From NCBI GenBank assembly GCA_965116025.1, contig OZ220480.1:736001-800000 (forward strand): 64,000 nucleotides of DNA, read 5' to 3'. The notes under the pieces are model-generated. The model did not search any database, was not told the origin of the DNA, and saw only the letters and a program-made list of their open reading frames with translations. Shown one piece after another: positions 54,250 through 64,000 of the stretch (positions are counted from its first letter, which is position 1; each line of letters starts with the position of its first letter). Made by a program: the position numbers and the translations under genes. The DNA is from an uncultured candidatus Porisulfidus sp. (GTDB lineage: Bacteria; Pseudomonadota; Gammaproteobacteria; Poriferisulfidales; Poriferisulfidaceae).

Positions 54250-56472
54250 ATGCCTTCTTCCACCACGCGCGAATGCTCCGAATCCGGTAAGCCGCGGCGA
54301 GCGGGGCGCGAGAGGCGGCGCGTGACCACGCCGCTTCTGCTGCAGATGCATATGACCGAGTGCGCCGCCGCGAGTCTGGGCAGCGTGCTCGCCTATTTCG
54401 GTCGCTGGGCGCCGCTCGCCGAATTGCGGGACGCGTGCGAGATCAGCCGCGACGGCTCCACCGCCGCCGGCATCAAGCGCGCCGCTGAGCGCTACGGCCT
54501 CGAGTGCGCGGGCTTTTTCGGAAAGATCCATCAAGTCAAGAAGCGGCCCCTTCCGCTGATTCTGTTCTGGGAATACAACCACTTCCTCATCCTGGAAGGC
54601 CACGACGAAAAATGGTTCTACCTCAACGATCCGGCCACCGGGCGCCGCAAGCTGTCCAGGAAGAGGTTCGAGGAGGGCTTCACCGGAGTGGCCCTGCAGT
54701 TCAAGCCGGGACCGGAGTTTCAGCCTGGGGGCGTTCGCCCTCGGATCCTGGAGCGCGTCCCGTCCTGGTTCCGGGGCGCCGGGCCGGCCTTGGCCTATGT
54801 GGCCGGGTGCGGGCTGGCGCTGACCGCGCTGGCCCTCGTGACTCCCGCGTCGCTGGCCATTTTCGTGGACCAGGCTCTGGGGCAAGGCGAGCCCTGGGGC
54901 TGGATCGTGGCGGGCGCGATGGCGGGCGCGGCCGTTCTGGTGTATGCGCTGACCTGGCTGAAGCGGCGATGCCTGCGGCGCTTGGCCGCCCGGATATCGA
55001 TCATCGCTTGGGATCGATGCCTGACTCGATTTCTGCGGTTGCCGATCGACTTCTTCCACCACCGCTTCGCGGGAGAGTTGACCGCCCGCGTTCTGTCGGT
55101 CGACAAGATCGCCAAGACTCTCTCGAATCATTTCGTCGATCTCCTGATCGAGCTCGGAATGAGCCTGGCGTTCCTGGCCGTCATGCTGGCGTACGAGCCG
55201 ACGCTGGCGTTGATCGTTTTGGGCCTGGCCGCGATCAACGCCGCTCTGACGCGCCTGATCGCTCGATTCCGATCAGACGCGAGCCACGCCCTGCAGCGGG
55301 AGCAGGGCCTGTTGCTCGGCATCGGGACGATGATGCTGCACCACACGGACACGTTGCGGATGACCGCCTCGGACGATCGCTTTTTCTCTCGCTGGAGCGG
55401 GCATCAGGCCCGGGAGCTTGCCGCGCGCCAGCGTTTCTCCGAACTGAGCCACGTCAACTCGTCCCTGCCAGGCATGTTCTCGATCTTGGGGAGCGTGGCG
55501 GTCCTGGCGGTTGGCGCGACCAAGGTGATGGATGGCGAGATGACGCTCGGCATGCTGATGGGGTTTTATGTCGTGGCCGCCATGTTCTTGGAGCCCGTCG
55601 GGCGCTTCGTCTCGTTCTCGGACGATCTCCAGGCCCTTTCGACGGACATGCAGCGTCTGGAGGATATCACGAAAGCCTCGGAAGATCCGGGGCTGGCGCG
55701 TCGCGATGATTCGTCGGGCTCCCTCGCCACTCTGAACGGGCGCCTGCGCTTGGCGGGCCATGTGGAGCTGCGCGACGTCAGCTTTGGCTACAACCGCGGC
55801 CGTCCTCCTCTGATCAAGAATTTCAACTTGACCATAAAGCCTGGGCAAAGGGTCGCGGTGGTCGGATCCAGCGGATCGGGAAAATCCACCCTGGCGCATC
55901 TGGTTTCCGGCATCTACCAGCCATGGTCCGGGGAGATCTTGTTCGATGGCCGCCCTCGACGCGAGATACCCGACGCGGTGCTGTCGCGATCCCTGTCCAT
56001 GGTGGACCAGAACGTCATTCTCTTCACCGCGACCGTGCGCGAGAACATCACGTTGTGGAATCCGGCCATTCCGGACGACATGCTGGTTTCCGCGGCCCGC
56101 GACGCCCGCGTTCACGACGATATTCTCGGTCGTCCGCATGGCTACGCGACGCGAGTCGAGGAGGATGGGGACAACTTCAGCGGGGGTCAGCGGCAGCGGC
56201 TGGAAATCGCGCGGGCGCTGGTCGGCAACCCGACCGTGCTGATTCTCGACGAGGCGACCAGCGCGCTCGACGCGGCGACGGAGGACTTGGTCGATGACGC
56301 GCTACGCCGCCGGGGAATCAGCTGCTTGATCGTGGCGCATCGGCTGAGCACGGTTCGAGACTGCGACCAGATCATCGTGCTCGAGAAGGGCGAGGTCGCG
56401 CAACGCGGCTCCCATGAGGAATTAATCGCGGACAAGGACGGGGTCTACTACCGGCTCGTCCAGGCGGGCTAG
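54250..56472 (+). CDS. NHLP-family export ABC transporter, C39 peptidase/permease/ATPase
   Basis: TPLLLQMHMTECAAASL (Cys), FWEYNHF (His), NDPATG; Walker A GSSGSGKS, FSGGQRQRLEIAR. Confidence 0.93.
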   Translation: MPSSTTRECSESGKPRRAGRERRRVTTPLLLQMHMTECAAASLGSVLAYFGRWAPLAELRDACEISRDGSTAAGIKRAAERYGLECAGFFGKIHQVKKRPLPLILFWEYNHFLILEGHDEKWFYLNDPATGRRKLSRKRFEEGFTGVALQFKPGPEFQPGGVRPRILERVPSWFRGAGPALAYVAGCGLALTALALVTPASLAIFVDQALGQGEPWGWIVAGAMAGAAVLVYALTWLKRRCLRRLAARISIIAWDRCLTRFLRLPIDFFHHRFAGELTARVLSVDKIAKTLSNHFVDLLIELGMSLAFLAVMLAYEPTLALIVLGLAAINAALTRLIARFRSDASHALQREQGLLLGIGTMMLHHTDTLRMTASDDRFFSRWSGHQARELAARQRFSELSHVNSSLPGMFSILGSVAVLAVGATKVMDGEMTLGMLMGFYVVAAMFLEPVGRFVSFSDDLQALSTDMQRLEDITKASEDPGLARRDDSSGSLATLNGRLRLAGHVELRDVSFGYNRGRPPLIKNFNLTIKPGQRVAVVGSSGSGKSTLAHLVSGIYQPWSGEILFDGRPRREIPDAVLSRSLSMVDQNVILFTATVRENITLWNPAIPDDMLVSAARDARVHDDILGRPHGYATRVEEDGDNFSGGQRQRLEIARALVGNPTVLILDEATSALDAATEDLVDDALRRRGISCLIVAHRLSTVRDCDQIIVLEKGEVAQRGSHEELIADKDGVYYRLVQAG

Positions 56473-56475
56473 CCG

Positions 56476-59385
56476 ATGCCGCTTCCAGAAATCGGCTCTC
56501 TTGAGCGCTTGGCCCTCCAGTCAGGCGCACCGACGCCTTGCGCCGGAAACCTGCCGATCGATCTGGATGATCCGCGACGCGCCTGGTTCATCGAGAAGGG
56601 CGCGGTCGATCTATTTCTGGTCGAGCGCCAGGATGGCGAGGACCAGGCGTCTCCGCAACATCTGTTTCGCGCCGACGCCGGGCGTCTCTTGCCGGGCGTG
56701 GCTCCGCAAATAAAGGGCACGGCGTTCAGCTTGAGGGCGAAAGGCTTGCCGGGCACGGTGCTGCGCCGCCTTTCCACCGAGCGCCTGAGCGCGATCTCGA
56801 GCGCGGAATTGGCCGAGCGGATCGACGCGTGGATCGCGGATCTCTCCACCGAGCTTTCCCGAGACGCGGGGCGCCGGCCGCGACCCGATTCGCCCATCCA
56901 GCCCGGCGAGCTCTCGCTCAACGCGGGTGACACGCTCTCGTCCCGGCAGGGCGTGGCGTGGATATCGCGGCTGCCTCAGGGCGCGGGACTGTTTCTGGGG
57001 TTGATCGATCCGGCCGAGAGCGATTTGCCCGACAGGGCCGCCACGCCGCTCACGCCGGCGACCTGGCTGACGTTGATGGAGACGACGAAAGTTTCCGTCC
57101 GCTCCTCCCGAGAGCTCGCCGAAGAGGGGCTTCTTCTGCCGGCCTTGGCGAGCTTCCACGGGACCGCGTTCGCTCATGAGCGGCTCAATCGCGATTTGGC
57201 CGCCGCCGATCAGGCGAATCTGGAGCGGGACCGCGTCACGAACCGCCGTGGCGACGAGGATCGCGCCCGTCGCCACCTGTTCAACCTTTATGATCGTCCG
57301 GATCAAGGAGCGGCCGACGCGAAGGGCGAGGCCTTGCTCGAGGCGCTGAAAGTCATCGGGGAGCGTGAGGGCATCGAATTTCAGTGGCCCGCCAGGCCGG
57401 GCGCCACCGATTCGGTTCCCGCGCTCGGCGACGTCCTGGACGCTTCCGGGGCGCGCGCCCGGCAGGTGCGGCTCGCTTGGGAAGAGCGATGGTGGGTGGG
57501 AGACGGCGGCGCGATGCTGGCGTTTCGAGAAGCCGACGGGCGGCCCGTGGCTTTGCTGCCCGGGGCGCTCGGGCGCTATCGGGAAGTGGAGCGAGCGGGC
57601 TCGCGCGGCGTTCGGGTGACTCCCCAGCGAGCGAAGGCGCTCGGTCCTGACGCGTGGGTGTTCTACCAGCCGCTGACGCCGGGCGAGGCGCGGCCGCGGG
57701 ATCTGTACCGACTCGTCCGGAAGGGCTTGGCCGCGGACTTCCTGCGATTCGTGGCCGCTGGCCTGATCGGTGGGCTGGTCATGCTGGCGCCCGCCGCCAT
57801 GGTCGGTTTCGTCGCCGACGAGGTCATTCCGACGGGCGAGGTCGGCTTGCTGCGCTTGGCGGTCGCGACCTTGGCCGCGCTCGCCTTGGCCGGGGCGCTG
57901 CTGCATATCCTTCAGGGCATGGCGCTCATGCGTCTCGAGGGGCGCGGCGCGTTCCGACTCGAGGCCGCGTTCTGGGATCGGTTGCTCCGATTGCCCTTGA
58001 GTCTCCTGCGCCGCTACCCGGCGGGCGATCTCGCCATGCGGGGCATGACGTTCCAGACTCTTCGCGACGCCGCGCGGGACGTGGTCGCCACCGCGGCGCT
58101 GTCCATCGTCTTCTCGCTTCCGGCCTTTCTTCTGATCTTCTATCACGACGCGACGCTGGGGATCGTCACGGTCGTTTTCGGATTCTTCTCTCTGGCCGTG
58201 ACCCTGGCGCTGGGCCTGCGGCAAGTCCCTCCGCACGACCGGGTGACGCGAACCGTTCATCGCATGGCCGGCCAGCTGTTTCAGTTCACGAACGGCATTT
58301 CCAAACTGCGGGTCGGTGACGCGGAGGGAACCGCCTTCGCGGTGCTGGCGCGAGGATACCGCGAGCGGAAGCGCGCGGAGTCCGGGCTGGGAGCCCTGGA
58401 AGACCATTCGCGGGCGTTCGGGGCCGCGGTGCCGCTGCTGGGCGGCGCCGCGCTGTTTCTGATGATGGAGCCGGGCCGGGAGGGCGTCGAGGTCGGGGAC
58501 TTTCTGGTCGTCTATCTCGCGTTCATGGTGTTCCAGGTGGCGGTCGCCAAGCTGGGCTCCTCGTTCGGCGCGGTCGCCGCCATCGTCTCGGCTTTCCGGC
58601 AGATCCGCCCGTTTCTGTCCGCGACTCCGGAGACGAGCTCCGAGGGAGAGCGGGTCGAGAGTCTGGGAGGCGAGGTGGCGCTCGACCATATCACGTTCCG
58701 GTACGACCCCGAAGGTCCCCTGATTCTCGACGATGTCACGATTCGCGCCCATCCGGGCGAGTTCGTCGCCATCGCCGGGGAATCGGGGGCGGGCAAGAGC
58801 ACGATCTTCCGAATCGCCCTCGGCCTGGACCAGCCGTCGTCCGGCGCGGTGTACTACGACGGGCGCGACCTGAGACGCCTGAATCTCAAGCAGCTGCGCC
58901 GGAAGGTCGGCGTCGTGCCGCAGGACGTGCAGCTTCACCCGGAGGATATCTGGGACAACATCGTCGGGGATCAGGAAGGCGTGGGGGCCGAGGAGGCCTG
59001 GGCGGTGGCCCGGGCCGCCTCGGTCGAGCGCGACATCCGGGCGATGCCCATGGGAATGATGACCTGCGTCGGGGGTGGCGGCCTCACGTCCGGAGGCGAA
59101 AGCCAGCGCATCATGATCGCGCACGCGCTGATCGAGCATCCTCGGGTCATGCTGCTCGACGAGGCGACGAATTGGCTCGATAACGACAATCAGGCCAGAA
59201 TCATGGACAATCTGGCGAATCTTCGATCCACCCGGATCGTGATCGCCCATCGCCTCTCGACCTTGCGCCAGGCGGACCGAATCTACGTGATGCGGGAGGG
59301 AAAGGTGGTCGAGATCGGGACGTTCGAGACGCTGATGGAGATCAGCGGAGTCTTCTGGAATCTGGTGCGGCGGCAGATCGCCTGA
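56476..59385 (+). CDS. NHLP bacteriocin export ABC transporter permease/ATPase (second subunit)
   Basis: N-terminal cNMP-like WFIEKGAVDLF, GRPVALLP, WDRLLRLP, GESGAGKS, SGGESQR, LLDEAT. Confidence 0.9.
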   Translation: MPLPEIGSLERLALQSGAPTPCAGNLPIDLDDPRRAWFIEKGAVDLFLVERQDGEDQASPQHLFRADAGRLLPGVAPQIKGTAFSLRAKGLPGTVLRRLSTERLSAISSAELAERIDAWIADLSTELSRDAGRRPRPDSPIQPGELSLNAGDTLSSRQGVAWISRLPQGAGLFLGLIDPAESDLPDRAATPLTPATWLTLMETTKVSVRSSRELAEEGLLLPALASFHGTAFAHERLNRDLAAADQANLERDRVTNRRGDEDRARRHLFNLYDRPDQGAADAKGEALLEALKVIGEREGIEFQWPARPGATDSVPALGDVLDASGARARQVRLAWEERWWVGDGGAMLAFREADGRPVALLPGALGRYREVERAGSRGVRVTPQRAKALGPDAWVFYQPLTPGEARPRDLYRLVRKGLAADFLRFVAAGLIGGLVMLAPAAMVGFVADEVIPTGEVGLLRLAVATLAALALAGALLHILQGMALMRLEGRGAFRLEAAFWDRLLRLPLSLLRRYPAGDLAMRGMTFQTLRDAARDVVATAALSIVFSLPAFLLIFYHDATLGIVTVVFGFFSLAVTLALGLRQVPPHDRVTRTVHRMAGQLFQFTNGISKLRVGDAEGTAFAVLARGYRERKRAESGLGALEDHSRAFGAAVPLLGGAALFLMMEPGREGVEVGDFLVVYLAFMVFQVAVAKLGSSFGAVAAIVSAFRQIRPFLSATPETSSEGERVESLGGEVALDHITFRYDPEGPLILDDVTIRAHPGEFVAIAGESGAGKSTIFRIALGLDQPSSGAVYYDGRDLRRLNLKQLRRKVGVVPQDVQLHPEDIWDNIVGDQEGVGAEEAWAVARAASVERDIRAMPMGMMTCVGGGGLTSGGESQRIMIAHALIEHPRVMLLDEATNWLDNDNQARIMDNLANLRSTRIVIAHRLSTLRQADRIYVMREGKVVEIGTFETLMEISGVFWNLVRRQIA

Positions 59386-59485
59386 TACGGTCTGGCCTCG
59401 TGCCGGAGGCGCGTCATTCGAGGCGCCCCGTTGGCGCGTTTTCCGCTTTCCCTTTGGCGGCGGAGCGCGGTCGCCCGGCGAGCGC

Positions 59486-59830
59486 TCAGAGATGGTGGTT
59501 CAGACGTAGCTCCACGATGCTGTCGCGGCGCGCCGGATAGATCTGCCGGTTTCTCTCGTCCGCGCTGAGCGCGTGGAAGCCCTCCGCGTTCTTGGACCAG
59601 CGCTCTCGAAGCCTCTTCGTGGCGGGCATCGCATCGAAGGAAAAGTCCCGCGCCCGGATCCGCTCGAAGCCCGCCTCCTCAAGGGTCGCGACCACCCCGC
59701 TCCATGGTTCCAGAGGCGGCATGCGCCAGCCGTATCGCGCGCTCGCGCGCATGGCTTCTTGCTCTTCGGACATGGGCGCGCCGCTCCTTGACAGAGCCAT
59801 CTCGACGTGGACAATGCCAAGATGCTGGCG
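59486..59830 (-). pseudogene. possible C-terminal remnant of a SAM-dependent methyltransferase
   Basis: LEEAGFERIRARDFS resembles class I MTase C-terminal strands; no motif I seen. Confidence 0.3.
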
Positions 59831-59853
59831 GACGGACTGGCGAGGAGGCCGTG

Positions 59854-62265
59854 ATGGCGGAAGTCAGGGCAGAGGCGGGCGGCCTGAAGGGAAAGGCTCT
59901 CGATCCCTCGATCGGGAACGCCTTGCCGCACTTCCTGCCCCTCTTAGTTTTTCCGTTGCTCGCGCTCGCCGCGACGCATGGCGGCTGGTGGACCGCGGGG
60001 CCGCTCCTCTTCATCGCGCTGGTGAAGGTTCTTGATGGCGCGTTTGGGGAAGAAGAGCGGAATATGGACCCGAGCGCGCCGCTGGCGGGCCGCCTGCCTT
60101 GGTACGAGGCGCCGCTCTGGCTGTGGTCGATCCTGTGGCCTCTGACGCTGGTCTTCTCGCTCTGGCAGATTCTCGTCGCCGACCATTTGGCCATTTGGGA
60201 AATCGCGCTGGTGGCGCTGGCGCTGGTCAACGTCTCCCAAGCGGTTTTCATCATCGGCCATGAGCTGATCCACCGGCAGGCCACGTGGGAACGCTGGCTC
60301 GGCGAGTTTCTGCTGGCCTCCGCGTCTTATCCGCATTACGCGACCGAGCATGTCTACGTCCATCACGTGCTCGCCTGCACGCCGATGGATTCCGGGACCG
60401 CTCCCAAAGGCGTGAGCTTTTGGCAACTCATACCCGGAGATTTGAAGAACAGTCTTCTCGAGTCTTGGCGATTCGCGCGCGACCGTCTCGCTCGCCGGCG
60501 CTTGCCCGTCTGGCATCACGCGAATCCGTTCTGGCGCCACATCGCCGGAGTCGGGGCGTGGTACGCGCTGGTGTACTGGATGGGCGGGCCGTGGGCGTTG
60601 CTGATCTACGTGGCTCTTTGCTTCAGCGTGATCCTCTTTATGAAGATCATCAACTATGTCCAGCACTACGGCTTGCAACGCATTCGCTTGCCGAGCGGTC
60701 GATACGAGAAAGTGCGGCCGTGGCACTCCTGGAGCGCCTCGAGCAGGCTCACGAACTGGCTTTTCTACAACATGCAACGCCATGCCGATCACCATATCGA
60801 GATGATTCGGCATTATCCGTTGTTGCAGCACTATGGCGAGGACGAGTCCCCCAAGCTGCCGGGAAGCTACCTGCGGATGATCGGGCTGGCCGCGTTCCCC
60901 CGACGCTGGTTCAAGACGATGGACCCGCTGGTTGATCGCTGGCGCGAGAAGTTCTATCCGGAGATCAAGGACTGGCGCGCTTACGAGAGTCGGGCGTATG
61001 CCGCGTACCCGGACGCGTTCGAGACGATTCGCGAAATTCTCGATACCGCGCCCCTTCTCGCCGACTGGGTAGACGAGTCTCCGGAGTTGCTGGAAAACTT
61101 GCGGAGCAGGGAATTCACGGACCTGGACCTTCCGGGCGGCTTCGGGCCGGACGCGGAGTTCGAGAGGGTCGCTCGGCGCGGCCTCGCTCGCCTGTACTGG
61201 ACCCGCGAGTTCGGAGTCTCCGAGATGAGGGAGCGGATCGCGGAGATCCCGTTCCAGGGAATCCGGGAGGCGGTGGAGATCGCGCGGCGCTGGTCGAACG
61301 ACAAGACGTTCCAGATCTGCATGCATACGGCGCGCGGAAGCCTGTCGCCAGCTGAGGCCGCGACGGCGCTGTCCAACGTCGCCGAAGCCTCGATTTCCGC
61401 CTCGCTGGTGGCGGCCCAAAAAGTTCTCTCCGATCTCTACGCGTGGCGAGTCGAGGAGGGGAGCGTGGCCGTGGCGATATCGGGAGAGCTGGGCGGTGGC
61501 GAGACGACCCCTGGGGTCAAGTTCCGCCCCGTGATCGTGCATCAAGGAGCGGCCTCGGAATCCCACGACTACGAAGCGGCGTGCGGTCGATTCGTCGAGG
61601 CGCTCCGTTCTTTGTCGCGCGTCAATTTGCTGCTCGCGCCGGTCGCGAAGGACGAGGAGGAGAGAATGGTCTATTCCCTCGCTGAGTTCGTGGAGCGCTG
61701 TCGGTCCGCCACGTCCGCCGAGGACGCGCTCGAGCTAGCCCGGACGCGGCTCGTTTTTGGGGCTAGAACCTCCGAGACCGGAAGGCGACTCGCCGAGACG
61801 CGGCAGGAAGTCCTGACCCATGGCGCGGCGCGGGACGCGCTGCTCGCTGAGGCGCGCGAGAGGGACGGACAAGTCGCCGAATCCGGATCGCCCTCGATCC
61901 GCGACATGCGTGGCGGCGGCCGGGATGTCGAGCGCGCCGCCAGATTCCTGCAGCTGAAGCATGTGGACGACGTCCCTGATCTTCTAGCTACCGACGCGAT
62001 CTTGATTTTCCGGGTCGCGGGCGAAAGCGGGGTGGTTCCCGCGGATCTCGCGGAACGCCTGGAAAGCGCCGCGAAGATGTGGCGGAACCTGCGGGGCATC
62101 CTGCGACTGGTGAAGAAAGATCGCGCGTCGGCGGAAGCGGCGACTCCAGAAATCAAGGAGGTGATCGCCCGCGCCTGCGGACAGGACGATTTTGACGATT
62201 TGACCAAGGCGATCCGCGAGACCGCCTCTCAAGCGGGCGCCGACATTGACGCGCTGACGGCATGA
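59854..62265 (+). CDS. AlkB/fatty-acid-desaturase-type membrane di-iron enzyme fused to a degenerate GlnE-like nucleotidyltransferase region
   Basis: GAGGAGG RBS; His boxes HELIH, EHVYVHH, NYVQHYG, MQRHADHH; C-terminal ALSNVAEASI, VAISGELGGGE, RGGGRDVERAARFLQL. Confidence 0.8.
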   Translation: MAEVRAEAGGLKGKALDPSIGNALPHFLPLLVFPLLALAATHGGWWTAGPLLFIALVKVLDGAFGEEERNMDPSAPLAGRLPWYEAPLWLWSILWPLTLVFSLWQILVADHLAIWEIALVALALVNVSQAVFIIGHELIHRQATWERWLGEFLLASASYPHYATEHVYVHHVLACTPMDSGTAPKGVSFWQLIPGDLKNSLLESWRFARDRLARRRLPVWHHANPFWRHIAGVGAWYALVYWMGGPWALLIYVALCFSVILFMKIINYVQHYGLQRIRLPSGRYEKVRPWHSWSASSRLTNWLFYNMQRHADHHIEMIRHYPLLQHYGEDESPKLPGSYLRMIGLAAFPRRWFKTMDPLVDRWREKFYPEIKDWRAYESRAYAAYPDAFETIREILDTAPLLADWVDESPELLENLRSREFTDLDLPGGFGPDAEFERVARRGLARLYWTREFGVSEMRERIAEIPFQGIREAVEIARRWSNDKTFQICMHTARGSLSPAEAATALSNVAEASISASLVAAQKVLSDLYAWRVEEGSVAVAISGELGGGETTPGVKFRPVIVHQGAASESHDYEAACGRFVEALRSLSRVNLLLAPVAKDEEERMVYSLAEFVERCRSATSAEDALELARTRLVFGARTSETGRRLAETRQEVLTHGAARDALLAEARERDGQVAESGSPSIRDMRGGGRDVERAARFLQLKHVDDVPDLLATDAILIFRVAGESGVVPADLAERLESAAKMWRNLRGILRLVKKDRASAEAATPEIKEVIARACGQDDFDDLTKAIRETASQAGADIDALTA

Positions 62266-62442
62266 CTCGGAAGCGCCCCGCGCCGAAATTCGCGCGCGCG
62301 TCGAGCTCGAGAATCGTGGAAACCGGCCAGCTCCCTTAGAGCGGCCGACGGCATTGGATCTTCTGGCGTGAAGCGTGGCGCGGACGGGCTATGCCGGGAC
62401 GCGATCCCGCGTGACCAGGCCCAGCCAGCGGGAAGATCAGGC

Positions 62443-64000
62443 GTGGACGGAAAGCCTGATGACGAAGCGTCGCCGCGAGCGGCTCCCAGCCGTGGAATTC
62501 TGAGCGAAGTCGCGGCCGCCGAGATAGGCCCCATCGAGAGGCCCGCGATCACTCCGCACCTTGAGTTTCGCGAGATCGACGCCGGACGGACGCTCTTGGT
62601 TTCCGAGCGTTTCAACACGTTGCTTCGCGAGCCAATCCACGCGGAACTTCTCCCGTTGCTCGATGGGTCTCGCTCCCGCCGCGACATCATCGCCGCGCTT
62701 TCGCCCGCGCGCTCGGAATCGCGGGTTCAGGCGGCGTTGCGGGCTCTGGCCTCCCGGGGCTATATCGTTTCTGGAGAGCACGCCATGGATCGCGGGTCCG
62801 CGGCGTTTTGGACTTCTCTGGGGGCCTCTCCCCGATACGCTGAGGAGCGTCTCGCGGAATCGAGAGTGGAAGTCGTGGGCGATGACGCCGAGCTGGCCCG
62901 CCGGCTTGGCGCCATGGGCGTGAGCGTTGGCGCGGGCCGTCCGACTCTGGTCGTCGTCTCGTGCGCCGACTATCTTGATGAGCGGCATGCCGCCGCGAAT
63001 CGGCGGCACATCGAATCGGGCGTGCCGTGGACGCTGATCAGACCGAAAGGAATCCGCCCTTTATTCGGACCGATTTTCCGGCCGGCGGAAGGGGGGCCTT
63101 GCTGGGCTTGTCTGGCGTACCGTCTCCGGGGACATCAGGAAGTCCATAACTTCTTGCGCAACCTTTCTGGCGAGGAGGCGGCTTTCCTGCCCAATGTCGC
63201 TGAGCCCGCCGTCTTGGCGGCGATCTACGGTCTGGCCGCGGCCGAAATCGCCAAGTGGCTGGTTTTCCGAGAAAAAGCGCCGCTTCACGAGCAGGTCATC
63301 TCCATGGATGTCGCCCGCCTCGAGAGCGCGCGCCATCAGGTGGCGCGTCGTCCGCAGTGTCTCGAGTGCGGCGACGAGGCGTTGTTCCGCGCCGACCGCC
63401 CGGCGACTCCCGCGCTCTTGAAGCCGAGCCCGAAAAACGTCCGCGACAGTGGTGGCGCGCGCTCGGTGTCCCCGGAGGAGACCTTGGGCAAGTATCGCCA
63501 CCTGATCAGCTCGGTCAGCGGGGTCGTGTCGTGGCTGACGCGCGTTACGGAGGATGGCGATCCGTGGTTGCATGTCTACTGGGCCGGAAGCAATTTCGCG
63601 CTGAGAAGCGACAGGCTGAGCTCGCTGCGACGTAGCCTGCGAAACAAGAGCGCGGGCAAGGGGAGCACGCCTCGACAGGCCGAGGCGAGCGCGCTTTGCG
63701 AGGCGGTCGAGCGTTATTCCAGCGCGTTCCATGGCGACGAGATCCGTCGCCGAAAGCGTTTCGTCGATTTTCTCAAGGCGGGCGAATTGGAAGCCATCCA
63801 TCCGAACGAGGTCCAGCTGTTCAGCGACCGTCAGCTGGAGAACGCCGAGCGAATCAACGCTCGGGGCCATCCCTATAACTTCGTTCCGGCGCGGTTTGAC
63901 CCAGAGGCGGAAATCGATTGGTCACCCGTATGGTCGCTGACCCAGGGCCGGCATCGCTATTTGCCGACTTCCGTGCTCTACGGAATGCCTGACGAGAGGC
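62443..64000 (+). CDS. TOMM leader-binding/E1-like + YcaO cyclodehydratase fusion; runs off the window's right edge
   Basis: Manual translation: LLPLLDGSRSRRDII, AFWTSLG, LFGPIFRP..GPCWACLAYRL, RRPQCLECG, SGGARSVSPEETL, SAGKGSTPRQAEASALCEAVERYS; start uncertain (GTG 62368 or 62443). Confidence 0.9.
   Translation, partial: MDGKPDDEASPRAAPSRGILSEVAAAEIGPIERPAITPHLEFREIDAGRTLLVSERFNTLLREPIHAELLPLLDGSRSRRDIIAALSPARSESRVQAALRALASRGYIVSGEHAMDRGSAAFWTSLGASPRYAEERLAESRVEVVGDDAELARRLGAMGVSVGAGRPTLVVVSCADYLDERHAAANRRHIESGVPWTLIRPKGIRPLFGPIFRPAEGGPCWACLAYRLRGHQEVHNFLRNLSGEEAAFLPNVAEPAVLAAIYGLAAAEIAKWLVFREKAPLHEQVISMDVARLESARHQVARRPQCLECGDEALFRADRPATPALLKPSPKNVRDSGGARSVSPEETLGKYRHLISSVSGVVSWLTRVTEDGDPWLHVYWAGSNFALRSDRLSSLRRSLRNKSAGKGSTPRQAEASALCEAVERYSSAFHGDEIRRRKRFVDFLKAGELEAIHPNEVQLFSDRQLENAERINARGHPYNFVPARFDPEAEIDWSPVWSLTQGRHRYLPTSVLYGMPDER

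Noticed and set aside
56611-61566. Long minus-strand ORFs (879 aa, 540 aa) and similar overlapping ORFs elsewhere
   Set aside because: High-GC antisense shadows of well-supported genes, with no motifs of their own.
63061-63870. 269-aa minus-strand ORF
   Set aside because: Antisense to the YcaO fusion, which the ORF track missed because it runs off the window.

Overview
A high-GC gammaproteobacterial-type chromosomal segment. Housekeeping blocks (lptD-surA-pdxA-rsmA ... apaG-apaH, folA-thyA-lgt, rpsT, ubi-ubiH-pepP-proB-obgE-rpmA-rplU) are interrupted by accessory islands. The islands carry two paralogous autotransporters, tandem SH3-like/FGE-fold proteins, a SNF2 helicase plus sacsin-like ATPase/HNH pair, a DUF262 (GmrSD-like) gene, a type II-like R-M pair, three decayed IS1380-like transposase genes, an RTX-repeat protein, and the start of an NHLP/YcaO RiPP cluster. 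The most striking signal is four long G homopolymers placed exactly where phase-variation switches act. Two G23 tracts lie inside the signal-peptide coding region of the autotransporters, both currently out of frame. Two more (G20, G15) form the spacer of near-perfect TTGACA/TATAAT promoters, in front of the GmrSD-like gene and the RTX gene. There are also two unusual fusions: a GPP34(GOLPH3)-like domain on a cytochrome P450 next to a sulfotransferase, and an AlkB-type di-iron enzyme on a degenerate GlnE-like domain inside the RiPP cluster. All assignments come from reading motifs by eye; no searches were run. Homopolymer lengths and single-base frameshifts could be sequencing or assembly errors.
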